Shown here in pieces: positions 23,553-30,550 of a stretch of DNA of 47,334 nt (position 1 is the stretch's first letter; the number at the start of each line of letters is the position of its first letter). The notes beneath the pieces are model-generated. The model was not told the origin of the DNA. It did not search any database and saw only the letters and a list, made by a program, of their open reading frames with translations. The stretch lies in IMG/VR virus record IMGVR_UViG_3300045988_179273. One strand, given 5' to 3'. Made by a program: the position numbers and the translations under genes. This stretch comes from a virus.

Positions 23553-24500
23553 TCACGCGAGCAAGTCCTCGTCCGTGATTTCTTTCTTGACCTCGCCGGT
23601 GGCGGGGTCGGCCTGGGGCGAGATGGGTTCGGCTGCAGGAATCGGAGCCGTAGCCTCTGCCTGGACCTTGGCCTTAAGCTTGTCCTTGAGAGACTTCTTT
23701 TCCTCGACCTTCGGGGCTTCTTTTACCGACTCGGACTTGAAGAAGTCCGCTGCAACGGCCATGCCGTCACGTAAAGACGAATAAACCTTGCGCAGGCGAA
23801 CAACCTGCGCCGGGCGAATGGCTTCGATGCGGCACTGACAGAAGTCCTCGATCATTGTCTTTGTCACGCCATAAGGCTCGAAGGATTCAACCAACTTCTT
23901 GATGCCTTCTTTGCTCACATCAGCCGTGGCCTGCATGGTCACGTTGCACTGGTTGACCGCGGACTCAATGACGTCGCCAGGGATTACTGCGAGGATACAA
24001 GCGCGCAGGCGACGAGCCCCCTGGTTCGCCACAAGCTCATAGATGTCTCGTGGGTCTTCGAGTTTGTACGTGCCCTTGCGAGTGGAGCGAATGTGCGGTA
24101 CGGTGAACGTGACCTCGCGTCGCGTATTCGTTTCGACGTCCCAGGCGAACGCCTGAACCTCTGACTTTCCGCCGGCATTGGACAGCTCGCGAATGCCGAA
24201 CTGCATATTTCCCCACTGTTGGGCGACGGCCTCAGCCAGGCGGATGGACGGACCGGAGATTTCAGAACCGCCGCGGGCGTACTGATAGACCGCAGACTGT
24301 GCCAGGCTCGGGCGCGTGCAAGCGTTCAAGATGCGGTCCATGGCGGCCCGTTGATCGCGCGGATTCATCCGAGCAATGACAAGCGCGGCCTGGACCTCGG
24401 CAACGGCACGGTTGGACTCGGCCGTAGCGGTCGAGGGAAGGTTCGAACCCTGGGCAGTGACGACGCCGAAGGAGTTGGCGGTAACGATTGTGTTTTCCAT
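23553..24500 (-). CDS. Single-strand annealing protein (recombinase partner of the exonuclease)
   Basis: ORF 23553..24656; start chosen at ATG 24500 after aggagtcctaaat. 315 aa. Lies 29 nt downstream of the YqaJ-type exonuclease, as in exo/annealase pairs. No NTPase motif. The family was not recognised by eye. Confidence 0.55.
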   Translation of the reverse strand: MENTIVTANSFGVVTAQGSNLPSTATAESNRAVAEVQAALVIARMNPRDQRAAMDRILNACTRPSLAQSAVYQYARGGSEISGPSIRLAEAVAQQWGNMQFGIRELSNAGGKSEVQAFAWDVETNTRREVTFTVPHIRSTRKGTYKLEDPRDIYELVANQGARRLRACILAVIPGDVIESAVNQCNVTMQATADVSKEGIKKLVESFEPYGVTKTMIEDFCQCRIEAIRPAQVVRLRKVYSSLRDGMAVAADFFKSESVKEAPKVEEKKSLKDKLKAKVQAEATAPIPAAEPISPQADPATGEVKKEITDEDLLA

Positions 24501-24529
24501 ATTTAGGACTCCTTTGTAATACGTGTTAG

Positions 24530-25426
24530 TTAAATCGCTTTGAGCGTGAACCGACGCACCGGGGCGCCGAGTTTCAGGAATTGTTTGTAGATGTCCGGCA
24601 TCTTGGCCTTCAGACTTGCCGAATCGAGTCGGGCAACGGCCTTGCAGCTTTTCCATGTGGCGACGATTTGGCCGCCGACACCTAGGGACTCATTTGTCCC
24701 CATGTAGCCCTGAATTGTGGCCAGGGCAGCGCCCTCAATCTCTTTGGCTTTGGCAAGCTCTTCACGTGCAGCGCGAAGCGTATCCAACGCCTTGGCAACC
24801 TCGTCCGTTGCTTCGATTGTTTCCGGACGGCTCACGGGGAAGGCCTTCGAAACTTCCGAAAGGCTACGTGGGGCAGGCGGTGTCTTCGTCTCAACGAGAT
24901 TCCAAAACTTCTTTTCTTCTTCGACCAAGAGATCAGACAGTTCGGGGTCGTTCTTGACTGTGTAGACGCGGAAGTCGGACGCGCCGATGAGGACAGCCAC
25001 GTCGCACAGTTCTTTGCCTGTCACGGTCATGTAGTGCTGAACCTGGGTGAGGTAATACTCAGGTATTTCATCCGTTCCCTCTTCGCCCCAATCTGCGCCG
25101 GTGCGAGCCGTCTTGATTTCGAGCACGCGGTCGGCACAGAGGCCGTCAACATTGGCAATCATGAAGGGGTGCTCCGGATGACGGAAGAGGTGTCCTGGGC
25201 ATTCGACCGCACGGCCTGTTTTTTCGGAGTAAGCCTGGCGGATAACGGGCTCCAGACGGCGGCCCCATTCCATGCTGGCGTTGTCTCCTTCATCGGAGAC
25301 TTCTCCAACCTTGCTGTTGTAGACGTCAAGAGGCGTGCGCCATTTTGAAAGACCGAGAATCGCTGCGACGTCAGAGCCGCCGATCCCGGACTGACGCTCT
25401 TTTAACCATTCGATACGGGATTGCAT
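24530..25426 (-). CDS. YqaJ/lambda-Exo-type recombination exonuclease
   Basis: N-terminus EWLKERQSGIGGSDVAAILGLSKWRTPLDVY plus a later LEIKT motif (PD-(D/E)XK core) typical of YqaJ viral recombinase exonucleases. Confidence 0.85.
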   Translation of the reverse strand: MQSRIEWLKERQSGIGGSDVAAILGLSKWRTPLDVYNSKVGEVSDEGDNASMEWGRRLEPVIRQAYSEKTGRAVECPGHLFRHPEHPFMIANVDGLCADRVLEIKTARTGADWGEEGTDEIPEYYLTQVQHYMTVTGKELCDVAVLIGASDFRVYTVKNDPELSDLLVEEEKKFWNLVETKTPPAPRSLSEVSKAFPVSRPETIEATDEVAKALDTLRAAREELAKAKEIEGAALATIQGYMGTNESLGVGGQIVATWKSCKAVARLDSASLKAKMPDIYKQFLKLGAPVRRFTLKAI

Positions 25427-25452
25427 TTTTTGATTCCTTTTTCCCTCCGGTT

Positions 25453-25497
25453 GGGTTGGCTAGAATCGGTAGCGGTCACAACCTATCTAACCAACCC
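25453..25497 (-). repeat. Intergenic hairpin (H3)
   Basis: gggttggctaga / tctaaccaaccc: 11 of 12 bp pair, 21-nt loop. Lies 27 nt upstream (minus strand) of the exonuclease ATG. Confidence 0.7.
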
Positions 25498-25512
25498 TTG
25501 GAGGAAACTTTT

Positions 25513-25638
25513 ATGTCTGATAAACCTGTTACTAAAACTCTTGAAGAGCTGGTTGCCGAACTGTCTAATGAAATCGAAAAACTCAAAAACAAAATCGCTC
25601 AGATTGAACAACGGCTAAACAAAAACCATCTCCGTTAA
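25513..25638 (+). CDS. Possible small antisense-oriented coiled-coil ORF (41 aa)
   Basis: ggagga-N7-ATG. MSDKPVTKTLEELVAELSNEIEKLKNKIAQIEQRLNKNHLR*. It fills an otherwise 208-nt non-coding gap in the minus-strand operon. Its translation-initiation region is nearly identical to that of 26436. Confidence 0.35.
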   Translation: MSDKPVTKTLEELVAELSNEIEKLKNKIAQIEQRLNKNHLR

Positions 25639-25838
25639 AAACCTTCTTCTTCAATGATTTTCAAGGCCGCCTGAACCTTCTCGGTGTACTTTGAGAGAGC
25701 CTCAAGCGCGGCCTTCGTGTCACCGGCCTTGGCGTGGTCTTCCAGGTAGTAGCAGACAATCTCAGAAATACGGTCTGCCAATGCGTTAGCTCCTCCGTCT
25801 GCGTACATCAGCCTGCTTACTTGATTTTTCTTGTCCAT
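25635..25838 (-). CDS. Hypothetical early protein
   Basis: 67-aa ORF with SD gaggag (aaagaggagacaaagATG). Confidence 0.55.
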   Translation of the reverse strand: MDKKNQVSRLMYADGGANALADRISEIVCYYLEDHAKAGDTKAALEALSKYTEKVQAALKIIEEEGF

Positions 25839-25859
25839 CTTTGTCTCCTCTTTTGGTAG

Positions 25860-25907
25860 GGGCTTGGCCGTGTCGGTAAGTGGCTATCTGTCAAAACGGC
25901 CTCGCCC
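25860..25907 (-). repeat. Intergenic hairpin (H2)
   Basis: gggcttggccgt / acggcctcgccc: 10 of 12 bp pair, 24-nt loop, in the 79-nt gap between two minus-strand genes. Confidence 0.6.
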
Positions 25908-25917
25908 TCGTAACCTG

Positions 25918-26196
25918 TTAATCTCCATTAAGTTCGTCGATTCGTCTACCCATTTCGGCGGCGAAGTTCGCGTACTCGTTTTTGATGTCTTGCTTAGTTG
26001 TCTCGCTATTTTCTTTGTCGTTCTCTCCGAGACGGCCCGCAATACGCAGGGTGTACTCGTAACAGAGAGCTGCTTTACTTAACTGCGCCCCGACATGCGA
26101 GACGGAATCAATGAGCATTCCATCATCCCCAATCCGACCAAGCTCTCTTTTAAACTCTTGAACGAGCTTGAAACAGTCGCTGCAGTAGTAATTCAT
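25918..26196 (-). CDS. Hypothetical early protein (Cys-containing N-terminus)
   Basis: ORF 25918..26226; start chosen at ATG 26196 (MNYYCSDCFKLV...), directly after the stop of the upstream 50-aa ORF. Confidence 0.5.
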   Translation of the reverse strand: MNYYCSDCFKLVQEFKRELGRIGDDGMLIDSVSHVGAQLSKAALCYEYTLRIAGRLGENDKENSETTKQDIKNEYANFAAEMGRRIDELNGD

Positions 26197-26198
26197 AG

Positions 26199-26351
26199 TT
26201 ACATCCCCAAGAAAGCTGGCGCCCACAAAAAGGCGACCATGGCCACTACAAAAATTGCGAGGGGGAGCGTGTCCTCAACAAACTCCCCGAACCACGTCGG
26301 GGGAGTCTTTGCGGGGTGCAGATTCTTAATCGGTGTGTCAATCGTCATCAT
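26199..26351 (-). CDS. Small membrane protein (50 aa; below the ORF-track cutoff)
   Basis: Translated by hand: MMTIDTPIKNLHPAKTPPTWFGEFVEDTLPLAIFVVAMVAFLWAPAFLGM*. SD gaggg 8 nt upstream. Confidence 0.45.
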   Translation of the reverse strand: MMTIDTPIKNLHPAKTPPTWFGEFVEDTLPLAIFVVAMVAFLWAPAFLGM

Positions 26352-26373
26352 TTGTTTTTCCCTCTTCTCCGTG

Positions 26374-26420
26374 AGAAGATTGAGATGCGGGAATCCTCAA
26401 AACCGCAAACTCAATCTTCT
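26374..26420 (-). repeat. Intergenic hairpin (H1)
   Basis: agaagattgag / ctcaatcttct: 11 of 11 bp pair, 25-nt loop with an inner gcgg/ccgc stem. Lies 22 nt upstream (minus strand) of the 50-aa ORF. Confidence 0.7.
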
Positions 26421-26435
26421 TTTGGAGAAACTTTT

Positions 26436-26708
26436 ATGTTTGATGAACAAAATCCTCAAAAGTTCTATGTCGGTCAACAGATGCCAAAACTTTCAAAAGC
26501 TGAAGTGCTTTTCTTTGGCCTTATACAATCTGGTGCAATCAAACTTTCTTCCGTTCCAATGCCAAATCCCGAGAAAGAAGTGTGCTTTGTTGATGAGCGA
26601 AATCCCGATGTCATGACGCCTCTCCAGCACGACCTTGAGCTTCTTTCTAGTTTGTATGAACAGTGCCGACGTTTTGCTGCTCGGCATGAAAAGCACGGAG
26701 GCGCTTGA
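26436..26708 (+). CDS. Possible antisense-oriented ORF (90 aa)
   Basis: ggaga-N7-ATG. MFDEQNPQKFYVGQQMPKLSKAEVLFFGLIQSG... It fills a 295-nt gap of the minus-strand operon. Its 3' end overlaps 26647..26877 by 62 nt. Confidence 0.4.
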   Translation: MFDEQNPQKFYVGQQMPKLSKAEVLFFGLIQSGAIKLSSVPMPNPEKEVCFVDERNPDVMTPLQHDLELLSSLYEQCRRFAARHEKHGGA

Positions 26709-26877
26709 TTTCTTTCTCGTACGACTCCAGTTCTGTGAAGATCTTGTTTTTTAGTTCACCAAGGTCGCATTCGAATCCGCGCTCCCTCAATTGCCCCACG
26801 TAGGCTTCGAGCATGCGCGGTAAGCGACTTTCTCGGTCAAGCGTCGAAAGCATTAGGTATCTGTACTCGTCAATCAT
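26647..26877 (-). CDS. Hypothetical early protein
   Basis: 76-aa ORF, 9 nt downstream of the first early-left gene. Confidence 0.55.
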   Translation of the reverse strand: MIDEYRYLMLSTLDRESRLPRMLEAYVGQLRERGFECDLGELKNKIFTELESYEKEIKRLRAFHAEQQNVGTVHTN

Positions 26878-26886
26878 CTTGGACTC

Positions 26887-27126
26887 CTACATCTCTGCGA
26901 CACGTGCCGCAAACCATGCGCTTGCGTACTCGGGCTTTGCTGTGGTCATAGACCGCAGGGTATCTAAGACGATTTGGTGCGGTCTGTCCGGTGTCATCGC
27001 ATCAATTCTTGCGCGAAGTGCTGCGAGGTCTTCGCTCGTCTCGCACTTACTGCCGCAGACGCAGATGTCGCGGTAGTCTTTGTAGGCCGCTTTGATTTCG
27101 GGCGGGGTTTTTACTGTTCTTCTCAT
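26887..27126 (-). CDS. First gene of the early-left operon, hypothetical
   Basis: ORF 26887..27165; start chosen at ATG 27126 after caggagtccgaa. 79 aa with a CVCGSKC motif. Confidence 0.55.
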   Translation of the reverse strand: MRRTVKTPPEIKAAYKDYRDICVCGSKCETSEDLAALRARIDAMTPDRPHQIVLDTLRSMTTAKPEYASAWFAARVAEM

Positions 27127-27147
27127 TTCGGACTCCTGTTGTCTTTT

Positions 27148-27180
27148 TGTTGACGTAAAGGACAATACACCGTGTCAACA
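27148..27180 (-). repeat. Inverted TGTTGAC motifs / leader hairpin (H0)
   Basis: tgttgacg ...17 nt... cgtgtcaaca: 7 perfect bp, in the leader 22 nt upstream of ATG 27126. Confidence 0.6.
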
Positions 27181-27204
27181 CAAATTGCCAACGTGCGTTG
27201 TGAA

Positions 27205-27232
27205 AAAGTAGTTCAAATTTGATTTATGTCAA
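27205..27232 (-). promoter_or_regulatory. Candidate early-left promoter (PL-like)
   Basis: Minus strand: TTGACA (27232-27227), 16-nt spacer, TACTTT (27210-27205). Sits just downstream of the repressor-gene terminator. Confidence 0.35.
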
Positions 27233-27240
27233 CAGGACGT

Positions 27241-27268
27241 AAATAAAAAGCCCGAGCAAGTCGGGCTT
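27241..27268 (-). terminator. Rho-independent terminator of the repressor gene
   Basis: Minus strand: aagcccga-cttgc-tcgggct followed by ttttt, 20 nt after the stop at 27288. Confidence 0.8.
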
Positions 27269-27287
27269 GGTGAGGGGTAAAACAGGT

Positions 27288-27923
27288 CTAGCGAACGCGG
27301 ACAATCCAGCCTTCTACACGTGCGACAACTTTGCTTACTTCAGTAGCGGTGTTGCCGAAAGCCGGGTTTGTAGGTGTTATATACATGTGTCCGCGGACGA
27401 TTGACAGCTTGCCAAAAGCAAGATTATCGTTGCCTGTCAGTCCGTCTTTTATGATGCCTACGGCGGCTGCTTCAGACGTTGAGGGAATGCTAGGATTTTC
27501 TTCTACTGACAAAAGAACGATGCTGCCTCTGGGCACAATTGGGGCGAGTTCGTCGGTTGGCATAACGAGACGAAGGCAGTCGTTTTCGTCCGGATCGATT
27601 TCAAGATTCTTTTTTAATTTCAGATACTTATCAAGGATAAGGTTGTAGTTAAAAAGATCGTCGACACTAATGTCTTCGTGCTTTGACTTGGCAATTTCCG
27701 GCGTGAGATTTTCGCCTTCTTTGAGCATTGTCCCTCGACCGGTTCTCAGCCAAATAGCATCAATACCAAATGTCGCCGCAATTTTTTCTGTCATCTCGTA
27801 GCTCGGGTTGTTTCGCCCTGCTAGCCAAAACGCGACGCTTTGGCGTGAGAGACCAACTTTCTTTGCGAACTGGCTCGCGTTGATTCCTAGGAATCGCATT
27901 AACTCATTGAGTCTTTCTTTCAT
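27288..27923 (-). CDS. CI-like repressor (HTH plus a degenerate S24/LexA-like C-terminal domain)
   Basis: ATG 27923 after ggaggtatta. HTH INASQFAKKVGLSRQSVAFWLAGRNNPS. C-terminal LRLVMPTDELAPIVPRGSIVLLS...AFGKLSIVRG aligns with the S24 pattern G-D-S-M-x-P...G-D / K-R-L, but has Glu where the Ser nucleophile is expected. Confidence 0.8.
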   Translation of the reverse strand: MKERLNELMRFLGINASQFAKKVGLSRQSVAFWLAGRNNPSYEMTEKIAATFGIDAIWLRTGRGTMLKEGENLTPEIAKSKHEDISVDDLFNYNLILDKYLKLKKNLEIDPDENDCLRLVMPTDELAPIVPRGSIVLLSVEENPSIPSTSEAAAVGIIKDGLTGNDNLAFGKLSIVRGHMYITPTNPAFGNTATEVSKVVARVEGWIVRVR

Positions 27924-27979
27924 TAATACCTCCGATACGAATTGTAAACAATGATTGGAAATTTCTCCTTTACGTTTTG

Positions 27980-28008
27980 TTGACAAATTTAATGTGGCGT
28001 GATACATT
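27980..28008 (+). promoter_or_regulatory. Candidate early-right promoter (PR-like)
   Basis: TTGACA (27980-27985), 17-nt spacer, extended -10 TGaTACATT (28000-28008). The -35 lies inside the 12-bp palindrome tttgt-tg-acaaa (27976-27987). Confidence 0.5.
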
Positions 28009-28014
28009 TGCCAA
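27986..28014 (-). promoter_or_regulatory. Candidate repressor-maintenance promoter (PRM-like)
   Basis: Minus strand: TTGGCA (28014-28009), 17 nt, TAAATT (27991-27986). Back-to-back and overlapping with the PR-like promoter. Confidence 0.3.
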
Positions 28015-28040
28015 ACATTACGACAAATGAGAGTTGCCCA

Positions 28041-28262
28041 ATGTCTACAACAAAAGTGGATTTCATTTGCGAGTCAGCAGGACTTACATACTCCGAACTC
28101 GCACGAAAGCTCAATGTGAGCCGTAGCGCGATTACTCAGTGGAAACGGCGTGGCTCGATCCCTCCGGCGCCTGCTCGAAGGATTTCCAAAATCACAGGAA
28201 TCCCGCCTTACCTGATTAACGAAATTTTCCCGAAGCCGTTTGAGCCGGAAGGAAAGGTTTGA
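28041..28262 (+). CDS. Cro/YdaS-like HTH regulator
   Basis: ORF from 27999; ATG 28041 preferred. LTYSELARKLNVSRSAITQWKRRGSIPPAPARRISKITG is a Cro/YdaS-type HTH. Divergent from the repressor gene. Confidence 0.75.
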   Translation: MSTTKVDFICESAGLTYSELARKLNVSRSAITQWKRRGSIPPAPARRISKITGIPPYLINEIFPKPFEPEGKV

Positions 28263-28263
28263 T

Positions 28264-29064
28264 ATGTACTTTTACAAGTTTCATATCGGCGATTTTGCAA
28301 TGTGGACAGCCGGCTTCGATTCCGAATCGGTTGGCATTTTTATCAAACTGCTAAACCGATACATGCTCACAGAAAACCCAATTAAAACCGACTGGGTTTT
28401 TTTGGGTTTCCAAAATTCCGAACAAGAAAAGGCAAAAGCAATCCTTTCTTCGTGCTGGGAAGAAACTCCCGACGGATGGGTTTTTACTCCGGTTTTGGAA
28501 ATTGTCAAGCATTATCAATCGTCTTCGGCAAAAAACCGTGAAAACGGGAAAAAGGGCGGTCGTCCGAGAAAAGCGAACAGTAACCCAGAAGAAACCCAAA
28601 CAAAACCGAGTGGGTTTTCTGAAGAAACCCAAACAAAACCCAACACGAAACCCAACTCAGTTAACTCAATAAACTCAGTTAACTCAGTAAATAAAGATAT
28701 AGATACGCATCCATCGCCTTCGGCTCGGACAGCGTCTGTCTCTTCGAAGCGTCTTCCTTCGATTCAAAAACCCGAAGGTGTTGAGGATGAGGATTGGCAA
28801 GCATACCTCCGGCTTCGAAAGCAGAAGCGTCTTCCGCTGACGCAACGAGCCTTGAACGCAATGCTCGACGAGGCCGAGAAAGTTTCCATGACTCCACAGC
28901 AGATGATCGTTTGTTGTCTCGAACACTCGTGGGCCTCTTTCCGCGCCGATTGGTACGAGAAGGAGCAGAGCGAGAAGCCATTCGACATCGACGAGTACAT
29001 CCGCAAAAACGCAGCGTCTTTTGACGACTACGTACCCCCAGAATCCGAAGAAGGAGAATCCTGA
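28264..29064 (+). CDS. Replication initiator-like protein (DUF1376/YdaU-type N-terminus)
   Basis: ATG 28264 after ggaaagg. MYFYKFHIGDFAMWTAGFDSESVGIFIKLLNRYM matches the DUF1376 pattern. Basic tract NGKKGGRPRK. The central part is encoded by DNA repeats. Confidence 0.65.
   Translation: MYFYKFHIGDFAMWTAGFDSESVGIFIKLLNRYMLTENPIKTDWVFLGFQNSEQEKAKAILSSCWEETPDGWVFTPVLEIVKHYQSSSAKNRENGKKGGRPRKANSNPEETQTKPSGFSEETQTKPNTKPNSVNSINSVNSVNKDIDTHPSPSARTASVSSKRLPSIQKPEGVEDEDWQAYLRLRKQKRLPLTQRALNAMLDEAEKVSMTPQQMIVCCLEHSWASFRADWYEKEQSEKPFDIDEYIRKNAASFDDYVPPESEEGES
28588..28689 (+). repeat. Direct repeats inside the initiator gene (candidate ori iterons)
   Basis: The 20-mer gaagaaacccaaacaaaacc occurs at 28588 and 28621. 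Four tandem 9-mers aactcaKWW span 28654-28689 (the 15-mer aactcagttaactca at 28654 and 28672). An A/T-rich aataaagatatagata follows. Confidence 0.85.
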
Positions 29065-29720
29065 TGAGACAGGACACAATCAAGAATCTTTCCGAAGCGC
29101 TACGAGATCTTGCTGACGTCTTCGGAGTCAAGCAGCCGTCCGAAAGGGCACTGCGCATCTGGCAGTCGGCTCTTGCAGGAATCGAAGATAGGGCCATCAT
29201 GAATGCCGTGAACTGCTGGGCGGACCACAACCGCCGTTTCCCTACTCCGGCAGAGTTGCGCAAAAACGCTTTGGCTGAGGAAGCCAACATCCGGGAGCGT
29301 GAATCCGAAATCGACCGTGCCGAAAAACAGAGCTACGTGCCGATTACTCGTAACACAGGAAAACTCACACCACATTTCCGCCGGGGCCTGAAGCGCTGCT
29401 GGGCATACCAAAAGCTCCAGGCAGCCGCAAAAGATGGTCAGTGGCTTTGGAATCTCATCAATGCCTATGCCGACGGTGCTCAGCTCGAACCGATTCAAAT
29501 CCGACACATCGAAAAGGCATTAGGGCATGAAATATCGGAGCACGATCTAGCAACGGCACGTCAGCACGTGGACCGTCTTCCTTTCAAGCCTTTCGCGTCC
29601 TTCCTGCGCGAGGAAGTCGAAAAGTCCGGGGAAACGCCGACGCCTGCCGAGGAAGCCATCCTTTCCCAGAATACGACAATCGACCAAAAGTTTTCCCGGT
29701 TTATTCCGGTGGAGGTGTAG
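29064..29720 (+). CDS. Hypothetical replication-module protein
   Basis: 218-aa ORF; its start overlaps the initiator stop (TGATG). The position corresponds to a helicase-loader/second replication gene, but no motif was recognised. Confidence 0.55.
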   Translation: MRQDTIKNLSEALRDLADVFGVKQPSERALRIWQSALAGIEDRAIMNAVNCWADHNRRFPTPAELRKNALAEEANIRERESEIDRAEKQSYVPITRNTGKLTPHFRRGLKRCWAYQKLQAAAKDGQWLWNLINAYADGAQLEPIQIRHIEKALGHEISEHDLATARQHVDRLPFKPFASFLREEVEKSGETPTPAEEAILSQNTTIDQKFSRFIPVEV

Positions 29721-30005
29721 ATGAGCCAAACAACGATTGACTTGATCCAGAGCTTCGCAATCCTGTGCATCGCGTTCGCCTGCATTGCAAATGCTTTGTG
29801 TCTTCCGAGATTAAAGGACTATGACGAGCGCTTCAGCATTGTGTACTGGGTGCTCCGGATAAAAGCCCATTTCCAGCGCAGTTCAAGCACCGGCTTTGGC
29901 CAGTCTTCTGAGACAGGAAAACAGGCGAAGGAAAAGGATTTGTCGTGCTCGCCGGAAGATGTCTCGAAAACGTCCGATAGCCAGCCTACCGCGCAGGATT
30001 TTTAA
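29721..30005 (+). CDS. Hypothetical protein with N-terminal hydrophobic segment
   Basis: 94-aa ORF. ATG directly after the upstream TAG. Hydrophobic segment IQSFAILCIAFACIANALCL. Confidence 0.5.
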   Translation: MSQTTIDLIQSFAILCIAFACIANALCLPRLKDYDERFSIVYWVLRIKAHFQRSSSTGFGQSSETGKQAKEKDLSCSPEDVSKTSDSQPTAQDF

Positions 30006-30023
30006 CAACAAAGGAGAAATGTA

Positions 30024-30323
30024 ATGACTGATGTTCGAATCGTATTGATGGAAGTTCAAAAGGAGTACGCGGAACTCGCACTCAAAACCGAAAAACTCCG
30101 GCAGTTCCTCGTTGCGTACGACGGAGCGGTAAAGGCTACAAAGCGCTCGGCTAAGTCGCTTTCCAAGGACGGCTGGCGCTTTAACGGCGTGACACTGTCG
30201 CATCGCTGCATCCTCGTCCAGCAGTACGGAGCAATGAAGATGTACAAAGAGTCCCTAGAGGCTCGTCTTTTGTCCATGTCCAAAGAAATCAATGCCCGTG
30301 CCAAGAAAAAGGCCAAGAAATGA
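30024..30323 (+). CDS. Hypothetical protein
   Basis: 99-aa ORF with SD aaggag. Lys-rich C-terminus. Confidence 0.55.
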   Translation: MTDVRIVLMEVQKEYAELALKTEKLRQFLVAYDGAVKATKRSAKSLSKDGWRFNGVTLSHRCILVQQYGAMKMYKESLEARLLSMSKEINARAKKKAKK

Positions 30324-30550
30324 CCACGAAAGAGATGCTCGAACGGGCCAAAGAAGCCTTCCGACAGGGACAAGCCGACGTTAAGCGCCGCGTTCTTCTT
30401 GTGGAAGGCATTCGTCCGTACGCGAAGAACAAGGACCTCGCAATGGCGTACCGGCAGGGCTACGCCAAGACTGTGAAAGAAATCGCAGACGAAGCGCGGC
30501 AAGAAAAGCGAAAAGGGGGCAGATATGAATTTAAAGGGGAAAAGGCATGA
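30320..30550 (+). CDS. Hypothetical protein
   Basis: 76-aa ORF, coupled by ATGA overlaps on both sides. Confidence 0.55.
   Translation: MTTKEMLERAKEAFRQGQADVKRRVLLVEGIRPYAKNKDLAMAYRQGYAKTVKEIADEARQEKRKGGRYEFKGEKA

Noticed and set aside
28588-28689. Short direct repeats as a CRISPR-like array or minisatellite
   Set aside because: The repeats are 9-20 bp, in frame within a coding sequence (they translate to EETQTKP and NS[VI] repeats), lack spacers of regular length, and have no cas genes nearby. An iteron/linker interpretation is preferred.
28679-29290. 203-aa minus-strand ORF (and nested 28684..29079, 28764..29006)
   Set aside because: It is antisense to the coupled replication genes and has a Ser/Arg/Ala-rich low-complexity translation typical of shadow frames.
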